Positions 1-10,795 are shown, counted from the stretch's first letter. The stretch is 64,000 nucleotides of DNA from Vulcanimicrobiota bacterium (GCA_963820825.1 CAWGBN010000002.1:320001-384000); one strand, 5' to 3'. Notes: a model not told the origin generated them from the letters alone. A program made the numbers and translations.

Positions 1-1151
1 CTTAAACAGGAAGTCCCTCCACCGATATTGGTGGTTCCGTAGAGCACGCCTTGTACGTTCGTCACAGCGGCTACCGGTTCAGAGCCATCGTCACCGTTGC
101 CAAAATTGTGCAACACTTGCTCCTCCCCGGTCGAGAGGTCGACGCTAAAGAGCGTTCCCTCACAATGGCTACAATAGTATCCTCCACCGCAACAGGTCGT
201 GCCGTAGAGCGTGCCTTTGACGTTGATCAGGCTTGCGAACGGGTTGCAGCCATCGCGCGGGTTGTTGAGAAAACTGTGGACGACCCGTTCGCCGCTACCG
301 TCCGCGCCGATGCTGAAGACGGTGCCGCAGAATTGATTCGTTCCACCGAGGTCGGTCGTGCCGTAGAGCGTGCCGCCGACGTTGAGCAGGGCGGTGAACG
401 GACTTGCCCCGTCGCCGAACTTTCCGAAACTGTGCAGCACCTGCTCCGTACCGGTAGCCGGGTTCACGCTGTACACCGTGCCGCACGTTCCGTTGGGCGA
501 ACCTCCAGAATCCTTACACAACCGCTGATTGGTGTAGGTGCCCCCGGCGTTTGTCGTGCCATATAGAGTTCCGTTGACTTCGATCACACCCGATATTGGG
601 TAGGCGCCATCCTGGCCGTAGCCAAAGCTGTGGACGATCGTCTCGGTATAACCCGACCGTTCGGATGGAGTTTGAAGAGTGTCCCGGCGTCGTATTCGCC
701 GCCGTAGAACGTCACGCCATAGAGGTCGCCGCTCTTCTCCGCGAGCAGCGGCCCGAACGCCGCCGCTCCGTCGCCGGGGGCTCCTTCAAAGGTGTGAAGA
801 ACGTCGATCTTATACGTCGGCTTGCCCTTATTTGGCACAAGACGATAAACGATGCCGCACCCGGTGTTCGAACTCGTGCTAAACGGCGTCGAGCAATTTG
901 TATCTCCACCCGCCGTGGTAGCACCATAGAGCGCCGACGAGCTGCCGGTAAAGCCGCCGCTACCACGCCCTCCGATCTCGTAGCCCGACTTTCCGTAGTT
1001 ATAGAACGGAATGACGTGGACGGTCTGCGGGATGGAATCGAGCTTTGCGAGTGCGATCGGTGACCCACTCGCCGGCGTGACGGCAGGATGGTTGCACGAC
1101 GCCGCGGCGGCTAGACCAATCAATCGCAACGAGACGCATAAATTGCTTCAT
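1..1151 (-). CDS. Secreted repeat protein with LYGTT-x-x-GG repeats (GloVer-type choice-of-anchor beta-propeller); frameshifted, runs to window edge
   Basis: ORF 584-1129 has ALYGATTAGG and GDLYGVTFYGG repeats; the same repeats continue in another frame toward position 1; ATG at 1151 after GGAGG. Confidence 0.7.
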
Positions 1152-1450
1152 TGGGGGGACCTCCTTTGCACCCGCCGCTTCGGAATTCGAGTCTTGCGGC
1201 GACCGCACTCGCTCCAAGTCCTCAACGAAACCCGCTCAGACGAGCAGGGCCTCGTTTGGTACTCGTGCTCTTATCGCCGTGAGATGGCGACATTCCTCCG
1301 AGGAACCCCTAGCTTGCCCACAAAGATGCCGACCGTTCCAGGAGCGTCAGATCAGTCCTGATCCGAGAGCTGGTTCGCACCGCGAATTCTAACCAGCCGT
1401 CTCGGTATCGTTGACGCGTTAACGGATTACTCCCGTGTGATACTCGGACG

Positions 1451-2800
1451 ATGAAACCGCTTTCTCGCATCCTCGTGCCGACCGGATGCGCCGCGCTTCT
1501 TGCTTCTTGCAACGGCGCGTCCGTACAGAACACTCCGGCAGTTGATACGGCGACATCATCGCGCGCTAGAGCCGTCCACGGCGACGTCGCCGAAAAGATC
1601 CAGCACGTCGTGATCATCATTCAAGAGAATCGCACCGTCGATAACCTTTTTTCGTTCGTTCGCGGCGCAAATACACAGCGATGGGGCTACAACTCGCAAG
1701 GTCAAGTCATCCAGTTCAAGCCTCGCCACCTTTGGGCGCCGTTCGACTTGGGTCACGTACACGCCGACTGGGTAGCCGATTACGACGGCGGCTTGATGGA
1801 CGGATTCGACCGCGAGCGCTGCAAGGGCCGCTGCGCACGCAAGACCGAGCACGCATATAGCTTCGTGCCCAGAGACGAAGTCAAGCCCTACTACCAAATG
1901 GCTGAAACATACACGTTCGGCGACAACTTCTTCCAGTCGAACCAGGGCCCGAGTTTTCCGGCACACCAGTACCTGATTAGCGGCACATCGACGATAAGTG
2001 AAGGTTCCACCGTCAAGGCCGACAACAACGCCGAACAACCCCATGGCAAGGGTACTACCGGCGGTTGTGATTCTCCCGAAGGCTCCACGGTACGATTGAT
2101 CACGCTGCAAAACCAGCAGGATTCATTTGCGTTTCCCTGCTTTAAGCGCCACGCGCTCATGAACGAGCTCGAGGCCTCGCACGTGAGTTGGCGCTACTAT
2201 CAGGCGACGGCAGGCCCAGGTCTGTGGAACGCCCCAGATGCGATCTACTCGCTTTGGTCGTCACCGGGGTACGACGAGCACGTCGGAATACCGTCGGCGC
2301 AAGTACTTACCGACGTCGCCGATAGTCAGCTTGCAAGCGTCGTTTGGGTTACGCCGACGAAGCTCGCCTCCGATCATCCTGCCGTAACCGACGGCTCCGG
2401 GCCATCGTGGGTTGCGTCGGTCGTAAACGCGATCGGCGAATCCCCCTATTGGAATAACACGGCAATTATCGTCGTCTGGGACGATTGGGGCGGTTGGTAC
2501 GATCACGTCGCTCCGCAGATTTACAACACCTACGAGCTGGGCTTTCGAGTTCCGCTGATCGTCATCTCACCGTACGCCCGGAGGCATTACGTCTCTCACG
2601 TCCCCCACGAGTTCGGCAGCATTTTGAAGTTCACCGAAGAGGTCTTTGGTTTGGGCTCGCTCGGTACGACCGACGGCCGCTCCGACGATCTCTCCGATTG
2701 CTTCAACTTTAAGAAGAAGCCGACGCCGTTTAAACCGATCCAGACGCAATATCCCCCGAATTACTTCCTACACCAGCCCGCAGCGGAGGCCGACGACTAA
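1451..2800 (+). CDS. Phosphoesterase / phospholipase C family lipoprotein (alkaline phosphatase superfamily)
   Basis: KIQHVVIIIQENRTVDNLF, GPSFPAH, WDDWGGWYDHV and GFRVPLIVISPYA motifs; lipobox LASC. Confidence 0.9.
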   Translation: MKPLSRILVPTGCAALLASCNGASVQNTPAVDTATSSRARAVHGDVAEKIQHVVIIIQENRTVDNLFSFVRGANTQRWGYNSQGQVIQFKPRHLWAPFDLGHVHADWVADYDGGLMDGFDRERCKGRCARKTEHAYSFVPRDEVKPYYQMAETYTFGDNFFQSNQGPSFPAHQYLISGTSTISEGSTVKADNNAEQPHGKGTTGGCDSPEGSTVRLITLQNQQDSFAFPCFKRHALMNELEASHVSWRYYQATAGPGLWNAPDAIYSLWSSPGYDEHVGIPSAQVLTDVADSQLASVVWVTPTKLASDHPAVTDGSGPSWVASVVNAIGESPYWNNTAIIVVWDDWGGWYDHVAPQIYNTYELGFRVPLIVISPYARRHYVSHVPHEFGSILKFTEEVFGLGSLGTTDGRSDDLSDCFNFKKKPTPFKPIQTQYPPNYFLHQPAAEADD

Positions 2801-2848
2801 GAACCCGTCCCAGACCCTGCACGTCCAAAGAGCCTCATCGGGCCGTGC

Positions 2849-3979
2849 TTAATCGGGTCCACAATACGTTTTAAAATATCGAGCCTGGATCGGTTCCTTG
2901 AGGAGATCGTGGTTAAAGTGCCGGATGAGCCTCGTCCATCCGCCGCCGCTGATCTGAGTCGTGCCCGCAAGGGGACGGTCAAAGACAAGCCCCACGGCGG
3001 TCATCATTCCCACCATCCCGAAGAGCGCGCAGGTTCTGACGAGCTGGCCCCTCGCCCGCTGCCCCGAGACGAAATAGCTCATTCCGCTCAAAATAAGGGC
3101 GCCGAACAAGAAGGCCAGCCAAAGTATTGGTTGTACCGTGCGCTCATTATAACGAGCTCTGCGCTCCTGTCGGTTCTCTGAGATGCCCTCCAAGACCGTT
3201 AGGTCCTGTTGATAGCGGACCCGATACCCCCAGAGCCCTTGCTCGTTGCCGTCGTAGCCTCGAGCGCGTGTTGATGAAGGTAACGCCACCGTAAGATCCC
3301 CGATACAATGGGCAAGCAGATTTGCTCGATTCGAAACGGAACCCAACGAGTCAATGCAGGTAATGTCGGACTCCGAAATATCGCGGCACAAGGGCGCTTC
3401 CCTTGCCATTTGAGCCCACTCCGCCAGCGTGTAGACGGCGTAGTCACGCAATAGGTAACGAATGACCGTGGCGTTTTCGCTGGGGTATTTCTCGTTGAGG
3501 TGAAAGAGGTAGTCGACGTTATGCTGCTCCTCTATAGTCAAATTCTCGGCGTCAGAACGGGCCTGCCAAGCCGTCACGACGACAAATGCAACCAAGACGG
3601 CGTAAATGACGCCGACGACGCCAAAGAACTGACTTGCGAATTCGTGAGATTCTTGCGCCGGTGCATTCGCAGCTTCGTGTGGCGGCGATTTTTGCCAGCC
3701 GATCCACCCCACTAACGTGCTGTACACAAGATGGACCGCAGCGCCGGTAACGGTCCCAATCGCCGTCCATAGGAGCAGCAGCGCGGTCGGTCCCCAGCCA
3801 ATGGTCATCTTGTCCAGCCAGGTTTCAAAGGAAAAGATCAAAGCACCACACGCGGCAAGGCAGATGACGGCGAGGAGCAAAATGCGATAAGTCGGCCGGA
3901 CGCTCCACAATCTTTCTATCTCTTGAACTGAACCGTGCAAGCTACCGCTGACTCTTTGCCACATTACTGATTGTCGCAC
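2849..3979 (-). CDS. Multi-pass membrane protein, DUF4239/bestrophin-like
   Basis: FFGVVGVIYAVLVAFVVVTAW and LVFDRPLAGTTQIS motifs; several hydrophobic helices. Confidence 0.65.
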   Translation of the reverse strand: MRQSVMWQRVSGSLHGSVQEIERLWSVRPTYRILLLAVICLAACGALIFSFETWLDKMTIGWGPTALLLLWTAIGTVTGAAVHLVYSTLVGWIGWQKSPPHEAANAPAQESHEFASQFFGVVGVIYAVLVAFVVVTAWQARSDAENLTIEEQHNVDYLFHLNEKYPSENATVIRYLLRDYAVYTLAEWAQMAREAPLCRDISESDITCIDSLGSVSNRANLLAHCIGDLTVALPSSTRARGYDGNEQGLWGYRVRYQQDLTVLEGISENRQERRARYNERTVQPILWLAFLFGALILSGMSYFVSGQRARGQLVRTCALFGMVGMMTAVGLVFDRPLAGTTQISGGGWTRLIRHFNHDLLKEPIQARYFKTYCGPD

Positions 3980-5052
3980 CCCGGGTATGCGACGTGTTCT
4001 TGCTGGGTGTCGAACGACTCCACGACACGCGCGGGCGTTCCCATTCCGCTGTCATCGACTGCAACTGGGACCTCGATACTCGCCGGTGTCACGGGCAGCG
4101 AGAACCTGCTACGCGACGTCAGCGTTCGATGGATCTGTTGTATCGCTACCGCACCAAGACATGCTGGGTCTTGTGCAATTTCTGCGCGAATGTTGCCGGC
4201 GCGCAACTCGCCCCGGGCCGCCGGTGTGTCGTCGTATCCCACGATCGGAACGTCCTTGGGTTGCCGCCCTTCCCTGAAAAGCGCGTGCACGGCGCCGAGC
4301 GCCAGCGTGTCGTTGATAGCGAAAACGCCTCGCAGGTGGGGACGTTCGTTCAAGATGGTCGTTAGAGCATCCGCGGCCGTGTCGGGCTCGCGTCCGACGT
4401 CAACGTCGATCAAGTGTCTATTCGCACCGTGGCTCAGCGTTTTTTTAACGTCGACTGCCGGTTCGCGTCCGGCATAAACGCCGAGCGGGGTAGAATTCGG
4501 CGAGGAATCGCGACACTCTTTAATCGCCGTTGTGAATCCATTAACGCGGTCCTGAACGCTCGTGATATCATGCTCGTCCAAGACGGCGATATCGGCGCCA
4601 GGTGGAGTTGCTGCACAAAGCTCGCTGCCCGCGTCGAAGCCGCCCGATCGATTATCGCTTGTGATACTCGCTACTACGCTACCCTCGCCCGGACGGCTTC
4701 CGATATCTACCGTGAAGACCGGGATATGCGCTACGTTTGCCTCGAGGATCGCGGGGTCGATCTCCTGTGAGTCGACGGGCACCACCACGATCGCATCGAC
4801 CCGCTCGGTGATGAAGTCCTCGATCTGTTGCTGTTGTTTGGCTGGATCTTCATCCGCGTGTTGGATGACCACCCGATAGGAGTACGTTCGCGCGTTCCGC
4901 TGCAAAGCGTGCTGCAGTTGTTTATAAAAATCGTTCGAGCGGTTGCCCTGGATCGAGACGCCGATCAACGGGGCGTTGGGACGTAGACCCGGCAAAGCTA
5001 CTGCCAGCACGACCAGAACCGCAACTAGTCTCAAGCGCTCAGTGCGCATCAA
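3964..5052 (-). CDS. Sugar-binding periplasmic protein (RbsB-like, type I PBP)
   Basis: QQQQIEDFITERVDAIVVVPVDS, SDNRSGG, GVFAINDTLALGA and IVGYD motifs. Confidence 0.85.
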   Translation of the reverse strand: MMRTERLRLVAVLVVLAVALPGLRPNAPLIGVSIQGNRSNDFYKQLQHALQRNARTYSYRVVIQHADEDPAKQQQQIEDFITERVDAIVVVPVDSQEIDPAILEANVAHIPVFTVDIGSRPGEGSVVASITSDNRSGGFDAGSELCAATPPGADIAVLDEHDITSVQDRVNGFTTAIKECRDSSPNSTPLGVYAGREPAVDVKKTLSHGANRHLIDVDVGREPDTAADALTTILNERPHLRGVFAINDTLALGAVHALFREGRQPKDVPIVGYDDTPAARGELRAGNIRAEIAQDPACLGAVAIQQIHRTLTSRSRFSLPVTPASIEVPVAVDDSGMGTPARVVESFDTQQEHVAYPGCDNQ

Positions 5053-5168
5053 TAATGCTGCAAAACCTCACATCCTAGTTGAGGCCAGATTTTGGATAGC
5101 CGACTAGCTAGTTGTTAGGGGGTGGCTTCCCCGGGTCCTCCGCAACCCGGGCCGACGCCTCTGATGGG

Positions 5169-6227
5169 TTATTGAATGGCGAGCTGCTGTGGAAATCGTA
5201 CCCGCGTGGAGTGTCCGCTGATCTTACGGATTGGCCGAACATCGCCGTTCGAACCGGGAGCATAGACCGTAATTCCGTCGCCTTCATTCGCTACGTAAAC
5301 GTCCCCATTAGCGTCAACCGCAACGCCATCGGGTAGAAAGAGCTTTGTCTTAGTGCCGTAGAGTGACCAGCTCGGCGCTACGTTGCCGTTGGCTCCGATT
5401 GGGTAAGCCGTTACGCCGGTCGCGGGACCGGTCTCTGGATTATTTGCTACGATGATAGTTCGCCCCGCCACGACGAGTTGCTCGGGGTGTTCGAGACCAG
5501 TGTTGGCTCCGTTTATCGTTCGTATCGGCCGCCTGTCGCCGTTCGCGCCCGCCGCGTAGACGGTGATACTATCGTTGTGAGCATTGGAGACGTAGATGTG
5601 GCCCTTTGAATCCAAACCGAGACCCACAGGCTCGTCCAGTCCGGTATTCGCGCCCGCAATGAGCCGGATCGGCGCGACGTTACCATTGGCACCGGCGGCG
5701 AAGACCGCTACGTTGTTATCGGAGTAACCTGCGTCCGCAACATAGATGTTTCCCGAGGCGTCAATGGCGACGCCGGTAACCCCGCTTATCTGAGTGTTGC
5801 TTCCCGCGATCGTGCGGATAGGCGCGACGTTGCCGGTCGCGCCGGCCGCGTAAACCACGATGGAGTCGCAGTCTGCCGCGTAGATGTTCCCGGCAGCGTC
5901 GAGTGCCACGCCGGCGCCGCATTGCAGCTGCGTGTTGTCCCCTGCGATATCGTACACCGGAGGCGTGTCCCCGTCGGCGGTCACCGGGTAGGCCGTCAGT
6001 TCAGGACGGTAGCATCCCCCGCGGCAACCGTTTTCGAGATTGGTGACGAATAGACACGGGCAGGGCGACGTGGTTCGCTTTGCCGCCACCGGCTTCGCCC
6101 TCGACTCGAGCGGCCAAGCGGGCGAAAAGGCCGATACCGCGCCGCAGCCCGCGAGCGAGAGGGATAGTATGGTTACTGAAATGACGGTCCGAGCGCGGCA
6201 CGCTTGTGACATCTGGGACGAGATCAC
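5169..6227 (-). CDS. NHL-like beta-propeller lipoprotein (CPC-L-Y/F-V family, paralogue 1)
   Basis: Lipobox LAGC, TTSPCPCLFV, repeated YAAGATGNVAPIRTIAGSNT units. Confidence 0.85.
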   Translation of the reverse strand: MISSQMSQACRARTVISVTILSLSLAGCGAVSAFSPAWPLESRAKPVAAKRTTSPCPCLFVTNLENGCRGGCYRPELTAYPVTADGDTPPVYDIAGDNTQLQCGAGVALDAAGNIYAADCDSIVVYAAGATGNVAPIRTIAGSNTQISGVTGVAIDASGNIYVADAGYSDNNVAVFAAGANGNVAPIRLIAGANTGLDEPVGLGLDSKGHIYVSNAHNDSITVYAAGANGDRRPIRTINGANTGLEHPEQLVVAGRTIIVANNPETGPATGVTAYPIGANGNVAPSWSLYGTKTKLFLPDGVAVDANGDVYVANEGDGITVYAPGSNGDVRPIRKISGHSTRVRFPQQLAIQ

Positions 6228-6232
6228 CCGCG

Positions 6233-6442
6233 TTAGTGATCTACAAATCTCGAGACTTCGCTTAGCGTCGGCTCGAGCTGGAGATCTTCGTGCGCGTATC
6301 TGCGATCTTCGTGCCCTCCGGCAACCTTCACTCGCACGAGAACCTCATGCGGATGAACCTCTCTTACGGTGCCCTCTTCTGCGCTCCCATCGATGCGAAC
6401 GCGATCGCCAACCTTCAGCATTCTCCGTCCCTCTTTCGTCAA
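6233..6442 (-). CDS. Small hypothetical protein with KOW/SH3-like start
   Basis: MLKVGDRVRIDG...GTVREV; AGAGGG RBS-like sequence upstream. Confidence 0.5.
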   Translation of the reverse strand: MTKEGRRMLKVGDRVRIDGSAEEGTVREVHPHEVLVRVKVAGGHEDRRYAHEDLQLEPTLSEVSRFVDH

Positions 6443-6577
6443 GACTATCTCATCTTAAGGGTGGTCGCCGAGCTCGCTTTCTCCTCCTCTCCTCCGTCCC
6501 CACCCTTTTCCAGGGGGCGCGCGAGCATTTCCAGAATCCTGCCACTTGGAAAAGGACGTCTTTGAAAGGACCGCCTT

Positions 6578-7690
6578 ATGAAACTATTGAGCTTCGCTGG
6601 GCGCGCGGCCGTTACGTGCGTCTCGGTCGCGGTCATCACCGCATGCAGCGGAATGCAAGGAGCGGGTAATCCCGGACCTGCCGGTTCGGGGTTTGAAGCC
6701 TCCGTTCAACCTAATCATTCTCGTACCAAACTCTTGATGCTCGCAAAGTCGACCAGAATCGGTTTGGTCCCCCAAATCCATCACAAGCGAGGCAAGTCCT
6801 GGATCGGGCCGGACGCGGGGAGACAGTACCTCCTCTACGCCTCGGACTTGTCCAACGGTACGGTCGACATCTATAACTATCGCGTTAAGGCGGGCAAGCT
6901 CTACGGCCAAATAACGGGCTTTGACGAGCCCTACGGCCAGTGTATCGACAAGTCGAAGAATATCTACATCGCGGATGAAGGCACTTCCATTATCTACGAG
7001 TTCGCGCATGGCGGCATCACCCCGATCAACTCCGCCTCGGATCAATACGGGTACCCGATCGGATGCTCCGTGGATCCGACGACGGGTAATGTGGCCGTTG
7101 CGAACCTCTATGGATTCGCTTCGGGGTCCGGTGGTATCGACATCTTCTCGGGCGGCCTCAGCGGAACGCAGACGTATTATACCGATGCGAGCGCCGCCTT
7201 CATGTGGCCCCCCGGTTACGATCAGTACGGTAACCTCTTCGTTGAGGGCCAGGACATATCCGATGCGAACACACTGTTAGAGCTCCCGAGCGGCAGCTCG
7301 GCTTTCACCACGATTACCGGCCTGACAATCGGCTATCCGGCGAGCGTCCAGCGGTGGAAGGGTTACATGGCCGTGACCGACCAGGGTTATCAAGGAACGA
7401 CCGACGCGATTTACACGGTCAGCATCACCGGGTCGGCGGCCACGATTATCAACACGACCCAACTTACCGATGACTGCTACCCGAGCGAAAACTACTTCGA
7501 CGCCGTCCAACCGTTCCTCAACGGCACGACGATCAAGAAGAACGGCATCGTGGCCGGAAATATCTCGTGCTCGTACCGCATGGATTTCTTCCACTTCGAT
7601 ACGGGGCTCAATCCCAAACGGGTCTTGCCTCCCGATATCGCTCCCTACGATGCGTGGGGCCAGTCGGTCAGCCCGTCCGTTACGAAATAG
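6578..7690 (+). CDS. Secreted beta-propeller lipoprotein
   Basis: Lipobox ITAC, KSWIGPDA..YLLYASD, PIGCSVDPTTGNVAVAN; AAAGGA RBS. Confidence 0.8.
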   Translation: MKLLSFAGRAAVTCVSVAVITACSGMQGAGNPGPAGSGFEASVQPNHSRTKLLMLAKSTRIGLVPQIHHKRGKSWIGPDAGRQYLLYASDLSNGTVDIYNYRVKAGKLYGQITGFDEPYGQCIDKSKNIYIADEGTSIIYEFAHGGITPINSASDQYGYPIGCSVDPTTGNVAVANLYGFASGSGGIDIFSGGLSGTQTYYTDASAAFMWPPGYDQYGNLFVEGQDISDANTLLELPSGSSAFTTITGLTIGYPASVQRWKGYMAVTDQGYQGTTDAIYTVSITGSAATIINTTQLTDDCYPSENYFDAVQPFLNGTTIKKNGIVAGNISCSYRMDFFHFDTGLNPKRVLPPDIAPYDAWGQSVSPSVTK

Positions 7691-7691
7691 C

Positions 7692-7730
7692 CAAAGGCCC
7701 GTCTCTCGGACGGGCCTTTGTTATTGGCTC
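7692..7730. terminator. Hairpin terminator plus TTATTGGCTC; remnant of the tRNA-Asn 3' end/terminator unit (att remnant 1)
   Basis: 12-bp stem CAAAGGCCCGTC/GACGGGCCTTTG, similar to 31681-31720. Confidence 0.75.
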
Positions 7731-7926
7731 GCGGCGTCAGTCGAGCAGAATGCGGAAGCGCATCGACGAGTTGCCGCAACGGAAGACGCCACCGCCTCTG
7801 AGCGTTAATGCGTTAACGCGACAAATACGTTGAGTTAGATTTTCTGATTCGGCGCAATCTTCTCGTGACGAGCGCGGCCCTCCCGATGTAGAATCCATTT
7901 TGGATTCAGTCTCCGGGAGGTTTCTT

Positions 7927-9489
7927 ATGACGAAGGCCCATTTTACGCTGGGCTCGGTGGCGATTTTTTCCGCAACAATCCTTTATGCGTGCGGCGGGTC
8001 GCATTCGGTGTTGCCCACGAACGCGCAACAGGGCGATGCGCTCTCTGCGAAATACGCCAACCTTTCTCAAGACTCGGACGAAAACGATGGACGTTCGCCA
8101 TCAGAGCCGGCGACGGTGGTCGTCGATCCGTCGCAGGTCGGGCCGCCCGTGACGCGGCTCGTAGCCGGCGCGACGCTTCCGGCATGGTACAATCTAACGC
8201 TCTCGGGGATCGCGCAATCCATATCGGCGGCGAATCTGGCGATCACGCGTTTCCCGGCCGGAGCGCAAGTCGACATTTATAATTGGCAGAGCGGCACAGA
8301 TGGTCCCGCAGGAACGCCCTGCGCCGGTAACGCGAAGCCCCAGTCCAACATCGACACCTTTATGCGCGACATCGCTCTGCCATCGGGCACGCAGGTATCG
8401 CTCGGCGTCAACTACGGCAGCAACCCCCAATGCAACCGCGGGAATACGCCGACAAACGCCGCCGCCTTCGTGTCGCACGTCGTCAACACTTACGGTCCGA
8501 GCGTCGTCGCTTTTTGGGAACTCGGCAACGAGCAATACGCGCCAGGGAGTATCGACTGCCGTCAGCCTGGGTGTAAATCGTCGCGCGACCCCGATCAATT
8601 CGCCGCCAACGAACCCGCATTTTACGATGCAATGCGTGCTGCAGGAGCACGAAATATTTGCATACCCGCCGACGCGGCCAACTCAAAGAGCCCGTGGAAT
8701 CCGGTTGTCTTCTCCAAGGCAAAATTCGATTGCGCGAATATCATCTACTATCCGCAACGGGTCCACACCAGCGATTCCTTCCTACTCCATGACGCTATTC
8801 CGGAGCTCGGTGCAGAGATCGCTTTAGTGAAGGCGCAGTTGGCTGCTGCAAATCGTGCCAACACGCCGATCCTACTCTCGGCGGTCTCGTCGGCACTGGG
8901 ACCGTACGGCAAACAGAGCCAAAGCATTGTCGGTGCGCTCTTTGCCGATATGGCGATGGGAGAGGCACTCAACGATGGCGTGGCCGCGATGATCTGGCAC
9001 GCCGGTTTTGGCAGCTGCGACGCGCGCTCTCGCGGGGGCGACTTTGCGTCCAAGGTATACGGCTGGCAGAAGTATGGCGGAGCCATGATTTTCAGCGACG
9101 GCCCTGCCAACAACTGCCCGGTCACCACGCCGCGCGGCACGCTGCTCGCGACGGCGAACGCGTTTCTTACTGCTGCGAAGTTTATAAATACGGGCGGAAA
9201 CATGGTGAGCGTCACAGTAAGCGGGAATCCCGACGTGCGCGCCTATGCGTCGAATAAAATGATCATGCTTTTCAATCTGAGCGAGACTGCACGGGCATCG
9301 GTTAGCGTCACGATCAACGGCGTCAGCAGTGGCGCCGGCGGCCTGAGCGTTCACTATAGCAAACGGCTCTACGACAAGTCGAAAAAGGGCGTTTGGGCCT
9401 CGCCAAGTCTCACGACGTTGCCTCCCTGGAAGGGCTCAATACACCTTTGGTTACGGCGCTGGAGCGTGACTGTTGCGCCGTTAGAATGA
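7927..9489 (+). CDS. Clan GH-A glycoside hydrolase-like lipoprotein (arabinofuranosidase GH51/GH79-like)
   Basis: RFPAGAQVDIYNW, VNYGSN and FWELGNEQY motifs; lipobox LYAC; GGGAGG RBS. Confidence 0.7.
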   Translation: MTKAHFTLGSVAIFSATILYACGGSHSVLPTNAQQGDALSAKYANLSQDSDENDGRSPSEPATVVVDPSQVGPPVTRLVAGATLPAWYNLTLSGIAQSISAANLAITRFPAGAQVDIYNWQSGTDGPAGTPCAGNAKPQSNIDTFMRDIALPSGTQVSLGVNYGSNPQCNRGNTPTNAAAFVSHVVNTYGPSVVAFWELGNEQYAPGSIDCRQPGCKSSRDPDQFAANEPAFYDAMRAAGARNICIPADAANSKSPWNPVVFSKAKFDCANIIYYPQRVHTSDSFLLHDAIPELGAEIALVKAQLAAANRANTPILLSAVSSALGPYGKQSQSIVGALFADMAMGEALNDGVAAMIWHAGFGSCDARSRGGDFASKVYGWQKYGGAMIFSDGPANNCPVTTPRGTLLATANAFLTAAKFINTGGNMVSVTVSGNPDVRAYASNKMIMLFNLSETARASVSVTINGVSSGAGGLSVHYSKRLYDKSKKGVWASPSLTTLPPWKGSIHLWLRRWSVTVAPLE

Positions 9490-9533
9490 GAAGGGTGACA
9501 ACGTATCGACGACCCCGCACGGAATGGCCCTAA

Positions 9534-9598
9534 AAACGAAAAGACCGCCCCATCGTGGGCGGTCTTCGTTTCCTCTCCCGGATGCTGGACTCGAACCA
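9534..9598. repeat. att remnant 2: hairpin terminator plus 21-bp tRNA-Asn 3' fragment
   Basis: AAGACCGCCC/GGGCGGTCTT stem, then CCGGATGCTGGACTCGAACCA identical to 31720-31740. Confidence 0.85.
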
Positions 9599-9781
9599 CG
9601 CAACCGCCTAGGCCGTAAAGTTAGTAAAGCACATCACGGTGAGATACTAGAGACGCTCTCGCAGCGTGAGGGTTTGCGGCTTCCAGCGCCTTGCGAAGCG
9701 CAAGCGCACGAGCCCCTCACCTTCAATTTCAAGATGCCTTAACTAAACCGAAGCGTCCCTGGACTGTAGTCGCGTAGGCGA

Positions 9782-10795
9782 TTATTGAACCGCGATGCCG
9801 TACGGGTCGGAGAGTTTCGTTCGGTCGCCTTTGATCTTGTTGATCGGCGCAACCCTGCCGGTTGCTCCCATCGCGTACTCGGTAATCCAGCCGGAGCCCG
9901 CATTAGAAGCATAGATCTTTCCGTTTGCGTCGACCGCAATGCCGAAGGGCAAATTGAGCTTCGTCCGAACGCCTTTGATATATTGGGCGGGCCGCACATC
10001 GCCGTTGGACCCAGCGGGGTAAACGGAGACCGCGCCGGGCTGCGGATCGTAGTTTTCCACATAGATATTCGCGTTGGCATCGAGCGCGAGCCCTTCTGCG
10101 ACGGTGAGCTTCGTCCGCGAGCCGATGATCGTTCGCGCCGGAGCAACATCGCCGGTGCTTCCGGCTGCGAACATTAGCACGCGGCTATTTGCGTTTGCAC
10201 AGTAGATATTTCCGCTGGAATCCAAAGCGATGCCTAACGTGGTCTCGAGCATCGTATAGCGGCCGGCGATATCGACAGTTGGAGCGACGTTTCCGTTAGC
10301 GTTTGAGGGGTAGGCGGTAATGGTGTCATAGCCTACGACGTAAATGTCGCCATTGACTGGATTGAGCGTGATGCCCGTGGGGTGATCGAGCTGCGTATAG
10401 GAGCCAGCAATCGTCTGCACAGGCGAGACGTTGCCGGTTGCGCTGGCCGCGTAGACGGTAACGGAGTTGCTGCTCGCATTTGAGACGTACATGTTCCCGA
10501 AGGCGTCGACGGCTATTCCTGTCGGATCACTAAGATGGGTGTTGCCGCCCAAGACGAATTGAATCGGCGCCCTGTCTCCCTTAGCGCCCGAACCATAGAC
10601 GGTGATGGAGTTGCCGCCTGCGTTCGCAACGTAGAGGCAAGGACATGACCTGGTAGAGTGCTTGCCGTGCGAACTGCTTTGGGACGCGACCGGCGTGGCC
10701 GACGTGGCCGGCGTGGCCGAACCGCCGCTGCACGCGGCTAGGAGCGAGACCACCGACGCGGCGGCGATCGTGGATCGAGCATAAGAGAGTCGCAT
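9782..10795 (-). CDS. NHL-like beta-propeller lipoprotein (CPC family, paralogue 2)
   Basis: Lipobox LAAC, TRSCPCLYV, repeated GNVSP/GDVAP units; AGGAGG RBS before MRLSY. Confidence 0.85.
   Translation of the reverse strand: MRLSYARSTIAAASVVSLLAACSGGSATPATSATPVASQSSSHGKHSTRSCPCLYVANAGGNSITVYGSGAKGDRAPIQFVLGGNTHLSDPTGIAVDAFGNMYVSNASSNSVTVYAASATGNVSPVQTIAGSYTQLDHPTGITLNPVNGDIYVVGYDTITAYPSNANGNVAPTVDIAGRYTMLETTLGIALDSSGNIYCANANSRVLMFAAGSTGDVAPARTIIGSRTKLTVAEGLALDANANIYVENYDPQPGAVSVYPAGSNGDVRPAQYIKGVRTKLNLPFGIAVDANGKIYASNAGSGWITEYAMGATGRVAPINKIKGDRTKLSDPYGIAVQ

Noticed and set aside
9666..9722. Long imperfect hairpin GTGAGGG...CCCTCAC as an ncRNA
   Set aside because: Single copy with no family signature; it could simply be a terminator for the gene ending at 9782
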